A stretch of 64,000 nt of DNA, taken from Patescibacteria group bacterium. Lineage in GTDB: Bacteria > Patescibacteriota > Patescibacteriia > PEXW01. The stretch lies in NCBI GenBank assembly GCA_041671325.1, contig JBAZBR010000002.1:9978-73977 (forward strand). Direction: 5' to 3'. Positions within the stretch are counted from its first letter, which is position 1. Every line of letters begins with the position of its first letter. Positions 28,407 to 38,700 of the stretch are shown piece after piece. The notes under the pieces are model-generated. The model was given only the letters and a program-made list of their open reading frames with translations. It did no database searches and was not told where the DNA came from. Both the position numbers and the translations under genes were made by a program.

Positions 28407-30887
28407 TTAATTTATGGAAAAACCTGACTTTATGGCATTAACCTTGATAGTCGCGCCTTTTTTAAAGCGGTTTTCCAAAATTCCGCGCGATAAAGGATTT
28501 TCTATTTCCTCTTGAATGACTTTGCGGATAGCCCGGGCGCCTTGTTCTGGGGAAAAACCGATTTCCGCAATCCGGCTGATGGCCGAAGGTGAAATTTTTA
28601 GTTTGTAACCCTGGGCTTCGGCCAGTTTTTGGAGTTCAGTCATATGCAAAAGCACAATTTCCTTGACGTCTTTGGGCGTCAAAGACCGGAAAACAATAAC
28701 CTTATCAATGCGGTTCAAGAATTCTGGCCGGAATTGTTCACGTAATTGCCCAGTTACTTGCTGGCTGATTTCCTGAAATTTTTGTTCCGCCTTTTTCTTT
28801 TCGTCTTTTTCTGCCAGTTCAAAACCAACTTTGGCAGACTGGTTCAAGCTTTGCAAACCGACATTGGAAGTGAAAATGATTATAGTATTTTTGAAATTAA
28901 CCTGCTTGCCCGTGGCATCAGTTAAATGCCCGTCTTCCAATACCTGCAAAAGCAGATTGAAAACATCTGGATGGGCTTTTTCCACCTCATCAAAAAGCAC
29001 CACGGAATATGGCTTGCGGCGGATGGGCTCAGTCAATTTACTGCCTTCTTTGTAACCGACATAGCCAGCTGGGGCGCCAATGAGTTTGGTCACATTAAAG
29101 CTTTCTCCAAACTCGGACATATCAACCCTGACAAGCGCGTTTTCATCTTCAAAAACCTCTCGAGCCAGGACTTTGGCCATTTCGGTTTTGCCTACGCCTG
29201 AAGGCCCCATGAAGATAAATGAGCCAATTGGCCGATTGTGATTTCTTAAGCCCACCCTGGAGCGCCTAATGGCGTCTGCAATGGCTTTAACGGCTTCGGT
29301 TTGGCCGATAATATGCTTTTTGAGGTTTTCTTCCAGGTGTAAAAGCCGGTTTCTTTCTTCGCTGACCAAATCTTTTAAAGGCACGTTAGTGATGCGGTGG
29401 ACTACGTCAGCCACATCAGCGCGGTGAATTGTGGCCAGATTTTTACGGCCCTTTTCCATGGCAATAAAATTTGCCAACTTATTCTTAAGTTTTTCTCCCG
29501 ACATTTTTAAATTTATTGCTTCTTCAAACCTCTCATCCATAACAGCTTCGTTTTTTTGCTTCTCAATTTCCTTCAGCTGGTTTTCCAGCAGCCTTTGTTT
29601 TTTTGCCAAAACCGTGCCGCCAGCCTCAACCTTGCGCTTGGCTGCCGCCTCATCAATCAGGTCAATGGCTTTATCGGGCAAGAATTTGTCCTGCAAATAC
29701 CTTTCTGAAAGCTCAACCGCAGACTCAATCGCCTCATCAGTGATTTTTACGGCATGGAATTTTTCGTAATTAGCCTTTAAGCCTTGGAGGATTTGCTTGG
29801 TTTCATCCAAACTTGGCTCATTAATAATAATCGGTTGGAAGCGGCGTTCCAGGGCCGCGTCAGATTCAATATGCTTGCGGTATTCATCCAAGGTAGTGGC
29901 GCCGATGACGCGCAGTTCGCCCCTGGCTAAGGCTGGTTTCAAAATATTGGCGGCGTCCATAGAGCCTGAAGCCGAACCCGCGCCAATAATGGTGTGGATC
30001 TCATCAATAAAAACAATTATATTTGGGTCAGCCGTGATTTCGTCTATCAGCTGTTTGAGGCGGGATTCAAATTCCCCGCGGTACATGGTGCCAGCCACAA
30101 TCAGCGATAAGTCCAGCCTTAAGATTTTTTTGCCAATTAAGATTTCGGGCACATCGCCATGGATTATTTTTTTGGCCAGCCCTTCCACAATGGCGGTTTT
30201 GCCCACGCCGGGATCGCCCAGCAAGACCGGATTATTTTTTGTCCGGCGTGAAAGGATATGGATGAGCCTTTCCAATTCCTGTTTCCTGCCAATAACCGGG
30301 TCAATTTTAGTTTGCAATTTTTCATCAGTTAAGTCTGTGGCGAAAAAGTCCAAGGCCGGGGTTTTGGAATTCTTTTTCTCGCCAGTTTCATCTTCAGTCT
30401 TTTCTTCTTCAAATAGTTCAGTGATGTCAGGAAATTTGGTGGTGGAACGCAAGACCATGGTCACTTGGCTTAAAATTTCCTCGGGGTTGAAACTTTGTTC
30501 TTTCCACATCCTGGCCATGAACGCGCTTTCAAGTTTTAACAAGCCGTAAAGCAGATGTTCGGTGCCAATGTAACGGTGGTTGAATTTGGCGGCAATGATG
30601 GCGCTCTTTTCAATGGCGGTTTTGCTTTCCGTAGACAAGGTGGGTTTGCTGGCTGCAGTTGGATTGTCCATGCCGCCATCGCGCAGTTGTATGGCTTGGC
30701 GGATGAGATCCAATTTCAGGCCGGTTTTCAGCAAAATTTCATAGGCAATAGAGCCTTTTTGCAAGCCCAAAGCGTACAATAAATGCTCCGGTCCAATGGC
30801 TTTAGCCCGGTTGCCAGCCGCAAAATTCGTGGCCTTGTTCAAAACCTCTTTTAAGTGGGTGGTGAATTTATTCAGAATAGGCGGCAT
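28407..30887 (-). CDS. clpC: ATP-dependent Clp protease ATPase subunit ClpC
   Basis: Clp N-domain, two AAA modules (GDPGVGKT, GPSGVGKT), UVR middle domain. Confidence 0.93.
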   Translation of the reverse strand: MPPILNKFTTHLKEVLNKATNFAAGNRAKAIGPEHLLYALGLQKGSIAYEILLKTGLKLDLIRQAIQLRDGGMDNPTAASKPTLSTESKTAIEKSAIIAAKFNHRYIGTEHLLYGLLKLESAFMARMWKEQSFNPEEILSQVTMVLRSTTKFPDITELFEEEKTEDETGEKKNSKTPALDFFATDLTDEKLQTKIDPVIGRKQELERLIHILSRRTKNNPVLLGDPGVGKTAIVEGLAKKIIHGDVPEILIGKKILRLDLSLIVAGTMYRGEFESRLKQLIDEITADPNIIVFIDEIHTIIGAGSASGSMDAANILKPALARGELRVIGATTLDEYRKHIESDAALERRFQPIIINEPSLDETKQILQGLKANYEKFHAVKITDEAIESAVELSERYLQDKFLPDKAIDLIDEAAAKRKVEAGGTVLAKKQRLLENQLKEIEKQKNEAVMDERFEEAINLKMSGEKLKNKLANFIAMEKGRKNLATIHRADVADVVHRITNVPLKDLVSEERNRLLHLEENLKKHIIGQTEAVKAIADAIRRSRVGLRNHNRPIGSFIFMGPSGVGKTEMAKVLAREVFEDENALVRVDMSEFGESFNVTKLIGAPAGYVGYKEGSKLTEPIRRKPYSVVLFDEVEKAHPDVFNLLLQVLEDGHLTDATGKQVNFKNTIIIFTSNVGLQSLNQSAKVGFELAEKDEKKKAEQKFQEISQQVTGQLREQFRPEFLNRIDKVIVFRSLTPKDVKEIVLLHMTELQKLAEAQGYKLKISPSAISRIAEIGFSPEQGARAIRKVIQEEIENPLSRGILENRFKKGATIKVNAIKSGFSIN

Positions 30888-31148
30888 AGTTGGAAAAATG
30901 TAACATTTTAAGAGTCTTCAGTCAATTATAATTTACATTTATTAAGGTCTGGTTATTACAAAGAAAAAAGGCGCGGTTCCGTGAGGAGGCGCCTTTAATA
31001 CAAGAACTATATTAAAGCGCGTTTCAAATGAAGATACATATTACGCGCAAATTTTTATTTTTTGTTTTTCGAGGAAGTAATAAATACTTACTCTACATAA
31101 GCATTATAGCGCAAAAAAAGCTTTTTGTCAAAGGTGGATGGGGAGAAA

Positions 31149-31270
31149 GAAGAGATAAGGAGATTAGGAGTAGAAGAGCTTGAAGAGAAAGAGGAGCTAA
31201 TGAAGAGCGCTAGAATCAAATGGGAAAAAAGGAGTGAAGTTTTTTTGGCTTTTTTGCTCCCTAGCTCTTA
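31149..31270. repeat. Degenerate ~9-nt tandem repeat (GAAGAGCTA-like) with inverted copy
   Basis: gaagagata/aggagatta/gaagagctt/gaagagaaa/gaggagcta; inverted gctccctagctctta at the htpX stop. Confidence 0.5.
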
Positions 31271-32167
31271 CATGCTCTTTAAAATTTTAATCCTTTCCTC
31301 AATTGGGGGATGGGTGGAAAAAAGTTTGCCCAAACCTTTGGCATGTACTGCGCCAAAAGGGTTAGCGATAAACAAATGCGCTGTGGCATTGCTGGGCTTG
31401 CGGAGTTTTTCGTCTTGCGTCCCAATTTTTTCCAAAGCCTTGGCCAAGCCTTCGGGATAGCGGGTCAGCTGGGCGCCTGAAGCGTCAGCCAGAAATTCCC
31501 TTTTCCTGGAAACTGCTAGCTGAATTAAGGTTGCGGCAATTGGCGCCAAGATGGAAAGGATAATGCCGATAAGCAAAAAGATCATGCCGATATTCCCACC
31601 GCCTCGGTCGCTGCTGGACCGGCGGCCGCCAAAGAAATTTATCCGGATAAACCAGTTGGCCAGCAAACTGATTATGCCGACCAGGACAGCCACCAAAGTC
31701 ATGAACCGAACATCGTAATTGCCAATATGGGAAAGTTCGTGCGCCAAGACCCCCTCCAATTCCTCGTTTTCCAAATTTTCAATGGCACCTTGGGTTACAG
31801 CCAGAGAAGCATGCTGAGGATCCCGGCCAGTGGCAAAGGCGTTAATCATGACTTCGGGCATAACGTAAACTTTGGGCATGGGCAAGCCCGCAGTGATGCA
31901 CAGATTTTCTATCATTCTTATCAAGTAAGGATTGTCTTCTTTGATGGCTGGAATGGCCCCATTGGTCCAAAGGGCAATTTTGTCCCCGCTATAATAACCG
32001 ATTAAAGTCATGATAACGGAAAAAATAATTGCCAAAATTACATAGGCTGGCCCGGATGCATAAGCGCGACTGAAAACATAAGCCAAGCCGATGATTATAA
32101 TGATGAAAATTCCTATTAAAAAGACACTTCGGCGTTTGTTGGAGGAAATTTGGGTGTAAGTAGTCAT
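31268..32167 (-). CDS. htpX: Zinc metalloprotease HtpX (M48)
   Basis: NAFATGR, HELSH, SRKREFLAD, FSTHPP. Confidence 0.95.
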   Translation of the reverse strand: MTTYTQISSNKRRSVFLIGIFIIIIIGLAYVFSRAYASGPAYVILAIIFSVIMTLIGYYSGDKIALWTNGAIPAIKEDNPYLIRMIENLCITAGLPMPKVYVMPEVMINAFATGRDPQHASLAVTQGAIENLENEELEGVLAHELSHIGNYDVRFMTLVAVLVGIISLLANWFIRINFFGGRRSSSDRGGGNIGMIFLLIGIILSILAPIAATLIQLAVSRKREFLADASGAQLTRYPEGLAKALEKIGTQDEKLRKPSNATAHLFIANPFGAVHAKGLGKLFSTHPPIEERIKILKSM

Positions 32168-32228
32168 AGGGTTTTAGTATATACCAACAACATTAACAAT
32201 ATATACAAGAAGTGAATATATTTTATTC

Positions 32229-32529
32229 CCTCTCCCTCTGTCCAGGGCTGATTTTGTTTTTCTAATCGTAATATTTTTGGCTAACCTCCCCCAAACCCCC
32301 TCCTTGGTAAGGAGGGGAAGGCTGGTTCTTAAACTCCTCCCCTTGCCAAGGGGAGGGTTTGGGTGGGGTCACAATTCTCGCGATAACTGAGGAAATTCCG
32401 ATTACGTAAATAGAACCACAATTTCAATTCATGGGGGTTCAGTAATTTCCTTTGTTTCCTGGCAAGAGGAGTAATTTTTTTCATGCTTGCTAACCTCACC
32501 CTCAATCCCTCTCCTTTATAGGAGAGGGA
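32229..32529 (-). mobile_element. Two tandem DUF559-type element units (one internally deleted, one empty/degenerate)
   Basis: Arms at 32493-32529, 32337-32369, 32284-32315 and a degenerate arm near 32229-32248. Confidence 0.7.
32329..32484 (-). pseudogene. Truncated DUF559 gene inside element arms
   Basis: MKKITPLARKQRKLLNPHELKLWFYLRNRNFLSY aligns to the N-termini of the three intact DUF559 proteins, then reads directly into the right arm. Confidence 0.8.
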
Positions 32530-32573
32530 GGGTTGTTTGGTTATTTAGCTGACTATCACCAACTTGCTAATTA

Positions 32574-33128
32574 CTAAAATTTAACCTCGACCGGGTTCTT
32601 GGCAGCCTCTTCAGCCAGTTCAAAGAACTCACGTTTTTGGAAGTGGAAGGTTGAAGCAATCATATTGGTCGGGAAGGTCTCGATCTTGATGTTCAAGTCC
32701 CGGACATTGCCATTATAGAACCTGCGGGCGGCCTGGATTTTGTTTTCCGTATCGGAAAGTTCGTCCTGGAGCTTGGCAAAGTTTTCATTGGCTTTTAAAA
32801 TCGGGTAATTTTCCGCTACTGCAAAAAGGGATTTCAAGGTGTCAGTCAGCATGTTTTCGGCTTTGGCTTTGTCTGCCATGCCATTGGCGCCCATGGCTGC
32901 GGCCCGCGCCTGGGTGACTTTTTCAAATAATTCCCGTTCGTGGGTGGCATAGCCCTTGACCGTGTTCACCAAATTCGGGATCAGGTCATATCTCCTTTTT
33001 AATTGCACATCAATGTCTGACCAGGCTTCCTGGGTCTGGTTCTTGAGTTTGACCAAGTGGTTATAAGTTGCCCAAAGCCAGAGAATGGCAATGGCAATTA
33101 TCGCGATGATTATATAAATTATGGCCAT
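32574..33128 (-). CDS. lemA: LemA family protein
   Basis: [35 protein letters not shown]; upstream of htpX. Confidence 0.95.
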   Translation of the reverse strand: MAIIYIIIAIIAIAILWLWATYNHLVKLKNQTQEAWSDIDVQLKRRYDLIPNLVNTVKGYATHERELFEKVTQARAAAMGANGMADKAKAENMLTDTLKSLFAVAENYPILKANENFAKLQDELSDTENKIQAARRFYNGNVRDLNIKIETFPTNMIASTFHFQKREFFELAEEAAKNPVEVKF

Positions 33129-33157
33129 AAGTTTTTAAATTATTTAAGAATTATTTT

Positions 33158-33637
33158 TTAAGGATAGATTAGCATGCTGACTTTTTGCGCATTTACCGTG
33201 TCAGCGCTGGTGTCTTTGGTCAAGATGACGACATTCAAACCGACCTTGAGGTCGCTTTGTTTAATGGCGACGCCATCGCCAAAGCCGTTTTTGGGAATGG
33301 AGCGAAAATCCAGTTTCCGGATAAGCGTGTCTTTGGAAATATTCGCGGTCAAAGTCCGGGCGGTTTCACCAGAGGCGATCTGGATTTCTACGCTGTCTTT
33401 TGAAACTTTGGTGATTTTTCCGGAAATGGCAATGGTCTCCGGTTTTGTTGAAGTTCCGGTATTGCTGTTTAAGGCCGTTGAATTGGAATTTTTTGAAGAG
33501 CTCGAACCGGTTTCAGAATTATTTTTGCCATACCAAAAACCTGCAAAAGCGAAAATCGCCAACAAAAGGAAAACCGCGATAGTGGCGATAATAGCGCGTT
33601 GCTGGGGGGTTTGAAAATTTGATTTTGTTGCAACCAT
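33158..33637 (-). CDS. Membrane-anchored OB-fold (DUF5666-like) protein
   Basis: TM, S/N linker, ISGKITKV..DLKVG..V; alternative TTG start at 33667. Confidence 0.65.
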   Translation of the reverse strand: MVATKSNFQTPQQRAIIATIAVFLLLAIFAFAGFWYGKNNSETGSSSSKNSNSTALNSNTGTSTKPETIAISGKITKVSKDSVEIQIASGETARTLTANISKDTLIRKLDFRSIPKNGFGDGVAIKQSDLKVGLNVVILTKDTSADTVNAQKVSMLIYP

Positions 33638-33745
33638 ATTTTTATTGTTTACCTTGATTTTGGACAATACCTTTTGGATATTGTATAATAACTATTGCCC
33701 AGTATAGTTGAAAACGGGTAAATCCGCAAATAAACTAATAAAAAT

Positions 33746-35599
33746 ATGCAAAACCATCCTAAAAGCCAAAACGCCTTTCCTCGTTGGTTGGGCTATTGCC
33801 TGATTGCCATTCTGGTGGTCTTTTTTGGTATTGGTTTGAAAACTGTCTTTGCGGCTTTTAATGACCCAACTTGCGATCCGCTTACTAGCCCAGGCACCTG
33901 TAATACCAAACCGCCAATTTTTACACAAACCGATCCTGCAGGCGCTATTCAAACCATAGAAACTCCGTTGACCATTGGGGCAACCGGCGGAATTTCAGAA
34001 GATTTGAATTTATATGGAAGCATTATTCTTAATGAAAACGGGCAGAACCTAAGGACAAATGGATATGCCAGTGGCACCGTTGCACCGATTAATGTTTCAA
34101 ATTCCGGTTCATTTTATACCATCGTTTCAAATGCATCAGAAGCAACCGGAGCCGCTTATTCAGCTAGCGCTTCTGGTTATGCGACCGGGCTTCTTGCAAA
34201 TTCCATCAATGGGACTGCTTTATACGCAATTACAACTGGCGAGGGGTATGGCTTACGAATTGATTATTCCGGTACAACCACAGCCCTTAAGATTAATGCT
34301 TCTGGCAAGCAGGCCATGAATATTACAGGCGACTCAATTTTAACTGGCAATGCCAATATTACAGGCGCTTTAACAGTTGGGTCAATAACCGTTGGTGGTC
34401 AAAGTTTGACTGGGAACGAAAAAACTTTAACCGGGGTAATTCCATCTGCTACTCTTCCAGCCTATGGCGAATTGGTTATTCCCTTAAAAAGCGTGGCATT
34501 TAATAACAGTAATTATCGACTAACCAGTCTGCAAATTTTATATTCTAAAACAGCAACACCGCCAGCTAATACTTATTGGTATCAATTCCCGGTTGATTCA
34601 ACAAAACTCAAATATCAAGAATGCAATAATACTGGCTTAGGGACTTTTGTTGGTAATTTAACTTTGACCAATCCTTTATCTGATGCGACAAATGTTAGGG
34701 TTAAACTTACTTATTCTACAGATGCTGTGAATTGCGCTTCAGACAATTCCGCGCCGCTAGCCCCGATTATTTCTGTTACGCCTACGCCCTACGCAAATGG
34801 AGGCAAAAATTATGTAAAAGGATTGCCAACCCTAAATGTAACCGCTTCAGACCCAGAATCGGATATAACAGAAGTGACAATTTATGCTAACGCTGTTTTG
34901 GTAGCTACCTGTAGCATGAGTCCGTGTAGTTATACCTATGCTTCAGTACCAACAACTAAACAGACAATTACCGCAACGGCGAAATCCGGTGCTGCTGAAA
35001 TTTCACCAACTGCGACTTATATTTTTTCTCCTGATAATTATGGGCCGATCATAACCGCATTTAGCGCTCCAGCAGCAACTGTTAGCAGTCAAACCAATAT
35101 ATCAGTTCAAATTTCTGAAAATTTAAGCGGTGTTAAAATGGAAAGTGGTAAATATACCGGAGTCAGATTGTATCTTTGTCCAGGAGCTACTTGTACAGTG
35201 GGTGCTGGTACTGAACTGAAAGATTTTACTACAAACGATTTTGCTCAATCAACTGATGATACTTACTGGAAGATTAATTGGAACACAACTGCTTTTGTTA
35301 ACGGTACTTATACCATACTTGCAACCGCAGTTGATAATGTGGGGAATATAGCAACGGTTCCACCCTCAATTGTTAATTCCAAGACTATAGCAATAAGCAA
35401 TGTGCCTATTTGTGGTATTGCTGGCGCTTGTTATACAATTCCCAATTCAACAGAGCATAAAACGTCATGTTGCACTAACACTTGTTATGACCCAATAGTT
35501 AAAGGTTGTTGTGCTGGAGCAACTTATGATTTAAGTTCGGAATGTTGCTATAGTAATGTCGTTCATCCAATTGCTTATTGCAGTTGTCCAGGTTGTTAA
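33746..35599 (+). CDS. Secreted surface protein with bacterial Ig-like domains and Cys-rich tail
   Basis: Signal/TM, ASDPESDITEV, WNTTAFVNGTYTILATAVDNVGN (Ig-like), di-Cys C-terminus. Confidence 0.75.
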   Translation: MQNHPKSQNAFPRWLGYCLIAILVVFFGIGLKTVFAAFNDPTCDPLTSPGTCNTKPPIFTQTDPAGAIQTIETPLTIGATGGISEDLNLYGSIILNENGQNLRTNGYASGTVAPINVSNSGSFYTIVSNASEATGAAYSASASGYATGLLANSINGTALYAITTGEGYGLRIDYSGTTTALKINASGKQAMNITGDSILTGNANITGALTVGSITVGGQSLTGNEKTLTGVIPSATLPAYGELVIPLKSVAFNNSNYRLTSLQILYSKTATPPANTYWYQFPVDSTKLKYQECNNTGLGTFVGNLTLTNPLSDATNVRVKLTYSTDAVNCASDNSAPLAPIISVTPTPYANGGKNYVKGLPTLNVTASDPESDITEVTIYANAVLVATCSMSPCSYTYASVPTTKQTITATAKSGAAEISPTATYIFSPDNYGPIITAFSAPAATVSSQTNISVQISENLSGVKMESGKYTGVRLYLCPGATCTVGAGTELKDFTTNDFAQSTDDTYWKINWNTTAFVNGTYTILATAVDNVGNIATVPPSIVNSKTIAISNVPICGIAGACYTIPNSTEHKTSCCTNTCYDPIVKGCCAGATYDLSSECCYSNVVHPIAYCSCPGC

Positions 35600-35620
35600 T
35601 TAACTAATAAATTGGATAAT

Positions 35621-35657
35621 TAAAATACCGTTCTAGTAACAAAGGGGCGGTATTTTG
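35621..35657 (+). terminator. Rho-independent terminator
   Basis: AAAATACCG..CGGTATTTT hairpin after the stop codon. Confidence 0.65.
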
Positions 35658-35674
35658 TTATTTCCCAATAAAAG

Positions 35675-35703
35675 TTGACTTTTTGTTGATTTGATGGTAC
35701 AAT
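35675..35703 (+). promoter_or_regulatory. Sigma70 promoter heading the pilus assembly operon
   Basis: TTGACT-17 nt-TACAAT with extended TG. Confidence 0.7.
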
Positions 35704-35739
35704 ATAAATGTTTGTAAACATAAAAAACTAACAATTCGG

Positions 35740-38700
35740 ATGCAAAAATCTCACCTATTAAATACAAAGGTAAGAGCTTGGCTAATTATGGCCGTGGCTT
35801 TTTTTACGTTATCGGTTTTCCTGCCCAAAGCGCTTTTAGCGGCCTTGACCAGCCCTTCAATCGTCGTGGGCGGAGACCAATATGCAAATGACAGTTCATT
35901 AGGCAAGATTTCCCAAAGAAATTGGCGGAGCGAAAACCAAAAAAGCCGAAAGATTGTTTATGTTAATCCTAATGATAAGACCCCGACTTTATTTGCTGGT
36001 TACGTTAACGAAGACAGCACGGCCTGCGCGAATACGGTCGATGGCGGGGTGACAATCAAAAGATGCAGACTGGAATTTAAAATGAGCATTGACAACGGCA
36101 TGACTTGGTCCCAAGCGATTTCCAGCTCCCAAACTTGGTTAGATATCGAAGTTATTAATTCAGCCATTGATCCGACCTTAACTAATTATTCGCCTGAGTT
36201 TTCAATAATATTAAGCCCGAACAACCAAGACATTTGGGTGGCGTATAAAACATATAGCACTGATATTAATAACAATATTAGTTTTGGCCAGGAATCTCAA
36301 ATCGCTAAATTGACCTGGGATGCCAGTACCAGCAAATGGAAAATCGGGACAATAAGAAAACCGTCAGTACCAATAGCGCCAACAGTGCCGAATATTAATA
36401 CAGAAACTAATGGCTGGTGTAATTATTATTCGACTTATAGAACGTCTTTGCCAACCGTATTTGTAGAGAATTTAAGTGATGGAACGGAAAGGGTTTGGGC
36501 AATACTACAATGTTTAAGTCTTCACGGCCCAGCCCCTGCATACCATTCGCATGAATATTACCCGATTTATAATGATGATTTTTCCAATTCTAATGATTGG
36601 ACAGTGGCAAAAAGTGGAGGCTCACCGCTACAAATAGAATACGATAATTATCCTAATCCCCCTGGCACTTATGGATATGCCCCGCCAAAAATGACCTTTA
36701 TTCCCCTCGGTAGCAATAAATTGCCAAGTATTATAAGTGCAAGAGAGCAATTTGTTGCTGGGGAAAATCCTTGCGTAAAGATATTTACTAAAAATAATGA
36801 TATAAGCGCGGATAGTTGGACAGCAACCTATAAATGCGCGGTTAGTGTTGTACCGGAAAAAGATACAAAACTTTTTGATTTTTCTATTGCGGCTTACCCA
36901 ACGTCTACAGACCAGTCCCGATTTGTAGTTGCCTATGAGGGTGGATATGATGTTGCCAGTGGAGGTGCAATAAGTTATGAAAATAAAACCAGGATAAGAA
37001 GCTGTTTATTTACGAATAGTGGTACCAGTGGTTGCAAAGCCGCCATTATTAGCGGATCGAATTTTTTTACTAACGCCTATTCGCCGTCCGTGGGTTTTTT
37101 TAACAGCAAAGCGTTTATTGCTCTACGGGATTCAGGCACTGGAAATTTGATAACCAGCGAAGAAAGTGCTGATTATTCTACTTGGCCACCGGCAGATTAT
37201 ACTTGGGTAGACGCATCTTCACATTCGTCTTCAGCCACGACCCAGACTCCCAGCGTTCCAGTTTATGTTTATGACGGGAAAATAACTTTGAATTCCGGAC
37301 TCTGGCCAATTATGTGGCTTCAAACAAATAATAAAAAAGTAGTTTTCTCTGAAAACATAGGAGGCACAGTAATCGGCCCGAATTTGCCGGCTTATCCAGT
37401 GCTGGGCTGGGGCTGGTCATCAAATTTCGGCTGGTTATCCTTAAATTGCGTAAATAGAATTTCATCAGACCTAAATGTTATTCCAAATTGTAATCCTGCT
37501 TATGGCGTCGGGGTGGGGATTGCCAGTTCAAATGTTCCAGCTGGCAATGCTTTTTCCGCGCCTGATGGCTACCCTTTGGGCGGTTATGCCTGGTCATCCA
37601 ATGCTGGCCTGGTTTCTTTTGAAAGAAAAGACAGCGTTAATAGCACAAATAATCCATATGGAAACCCGGCGAACCTGCCCTATAACAATAGCGCCAATGC
37701 CAATGACCCAATTATTAAATATGATACAACTGCCCAAAAAATCCATGGCTGGGGCAGGTTTTTGAACCTTTGTAATTTTGACAATACTTCAAAATGCAAA
37801 GATAAAGAGAAAGGCTGGTTGAAAATGCAGGGCTATTGGCTAAAACCCGGAGTAAAATGTGCAATTTTTCATAATACTAATAATACTGTTACTTTTTCTA
37901 ATGCGTTTCCTGGTGGTTGTACAGATTATGCTAAATTCGATATTGGCGGCGGTATTATCGTAGTTGACGGCGATTATTATCAATATACAAGCAGAGTTAG
38001 CAATAAATTAAACGGAATTTCACCGAATATTGGCCTAGCGCCTGATGATAGGGTCGACGACATGGTTTACGCGGCAAGCGGCACTGATCCAGATGATCCC
38101 CCTGGTTGCACTGGGAGTGCGTGCAGACTCAATGGCGGCCCATACGGCGTCCAAGCTTTTTGGAACGGTTCAAATTATGAATTCAGTGGCTGGGGCTGGA
38201 GCGATGATTATGGCTGGATTGCCTTCAGGCCATTGATCTTTGTGGGCTATGCCTGGATGGAATCTTTATTCGGCAATATTTATTCAGGAGGGGCAATCAG
38301 TTTGCCCAAGCCGGAAAACAAGTCTGGCACGCCAATTATGTGCGATTACAATAACGATGGAGTGGCAGAATCAGAATGCGTGGTCAGTACTTACCGGATT
38401 GAAGCTGGCGGAAACATTTCAACTTTTAACCCGCCTGGCACTTCTTACACAACCAAACTGCCAACTTCGGGATACGGTGGAAATTTCGGACCGGAAAACC
38501 GTCTATTGGGAAATCTGGAAAATTTTTTTGATTCAAACCTTTTAACCACAGGATCAGGAAACGCAGACCTATATTCTTTAAACACTAGCGAATCGACCGT
38601 GGTTTACCGGAATGCCCTGGGCAAACTGGATTTGACTGGTTTGATCAGTTATAGTGATTCAAATCTTATTAATTATTTTTATGAAACTGATCCTTCAACT

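Noticed and set aside
31125-31460. 111-aa plus-strand ORF
   Set aside because: It is antisense to htpX and built from the purine-rich repeat.
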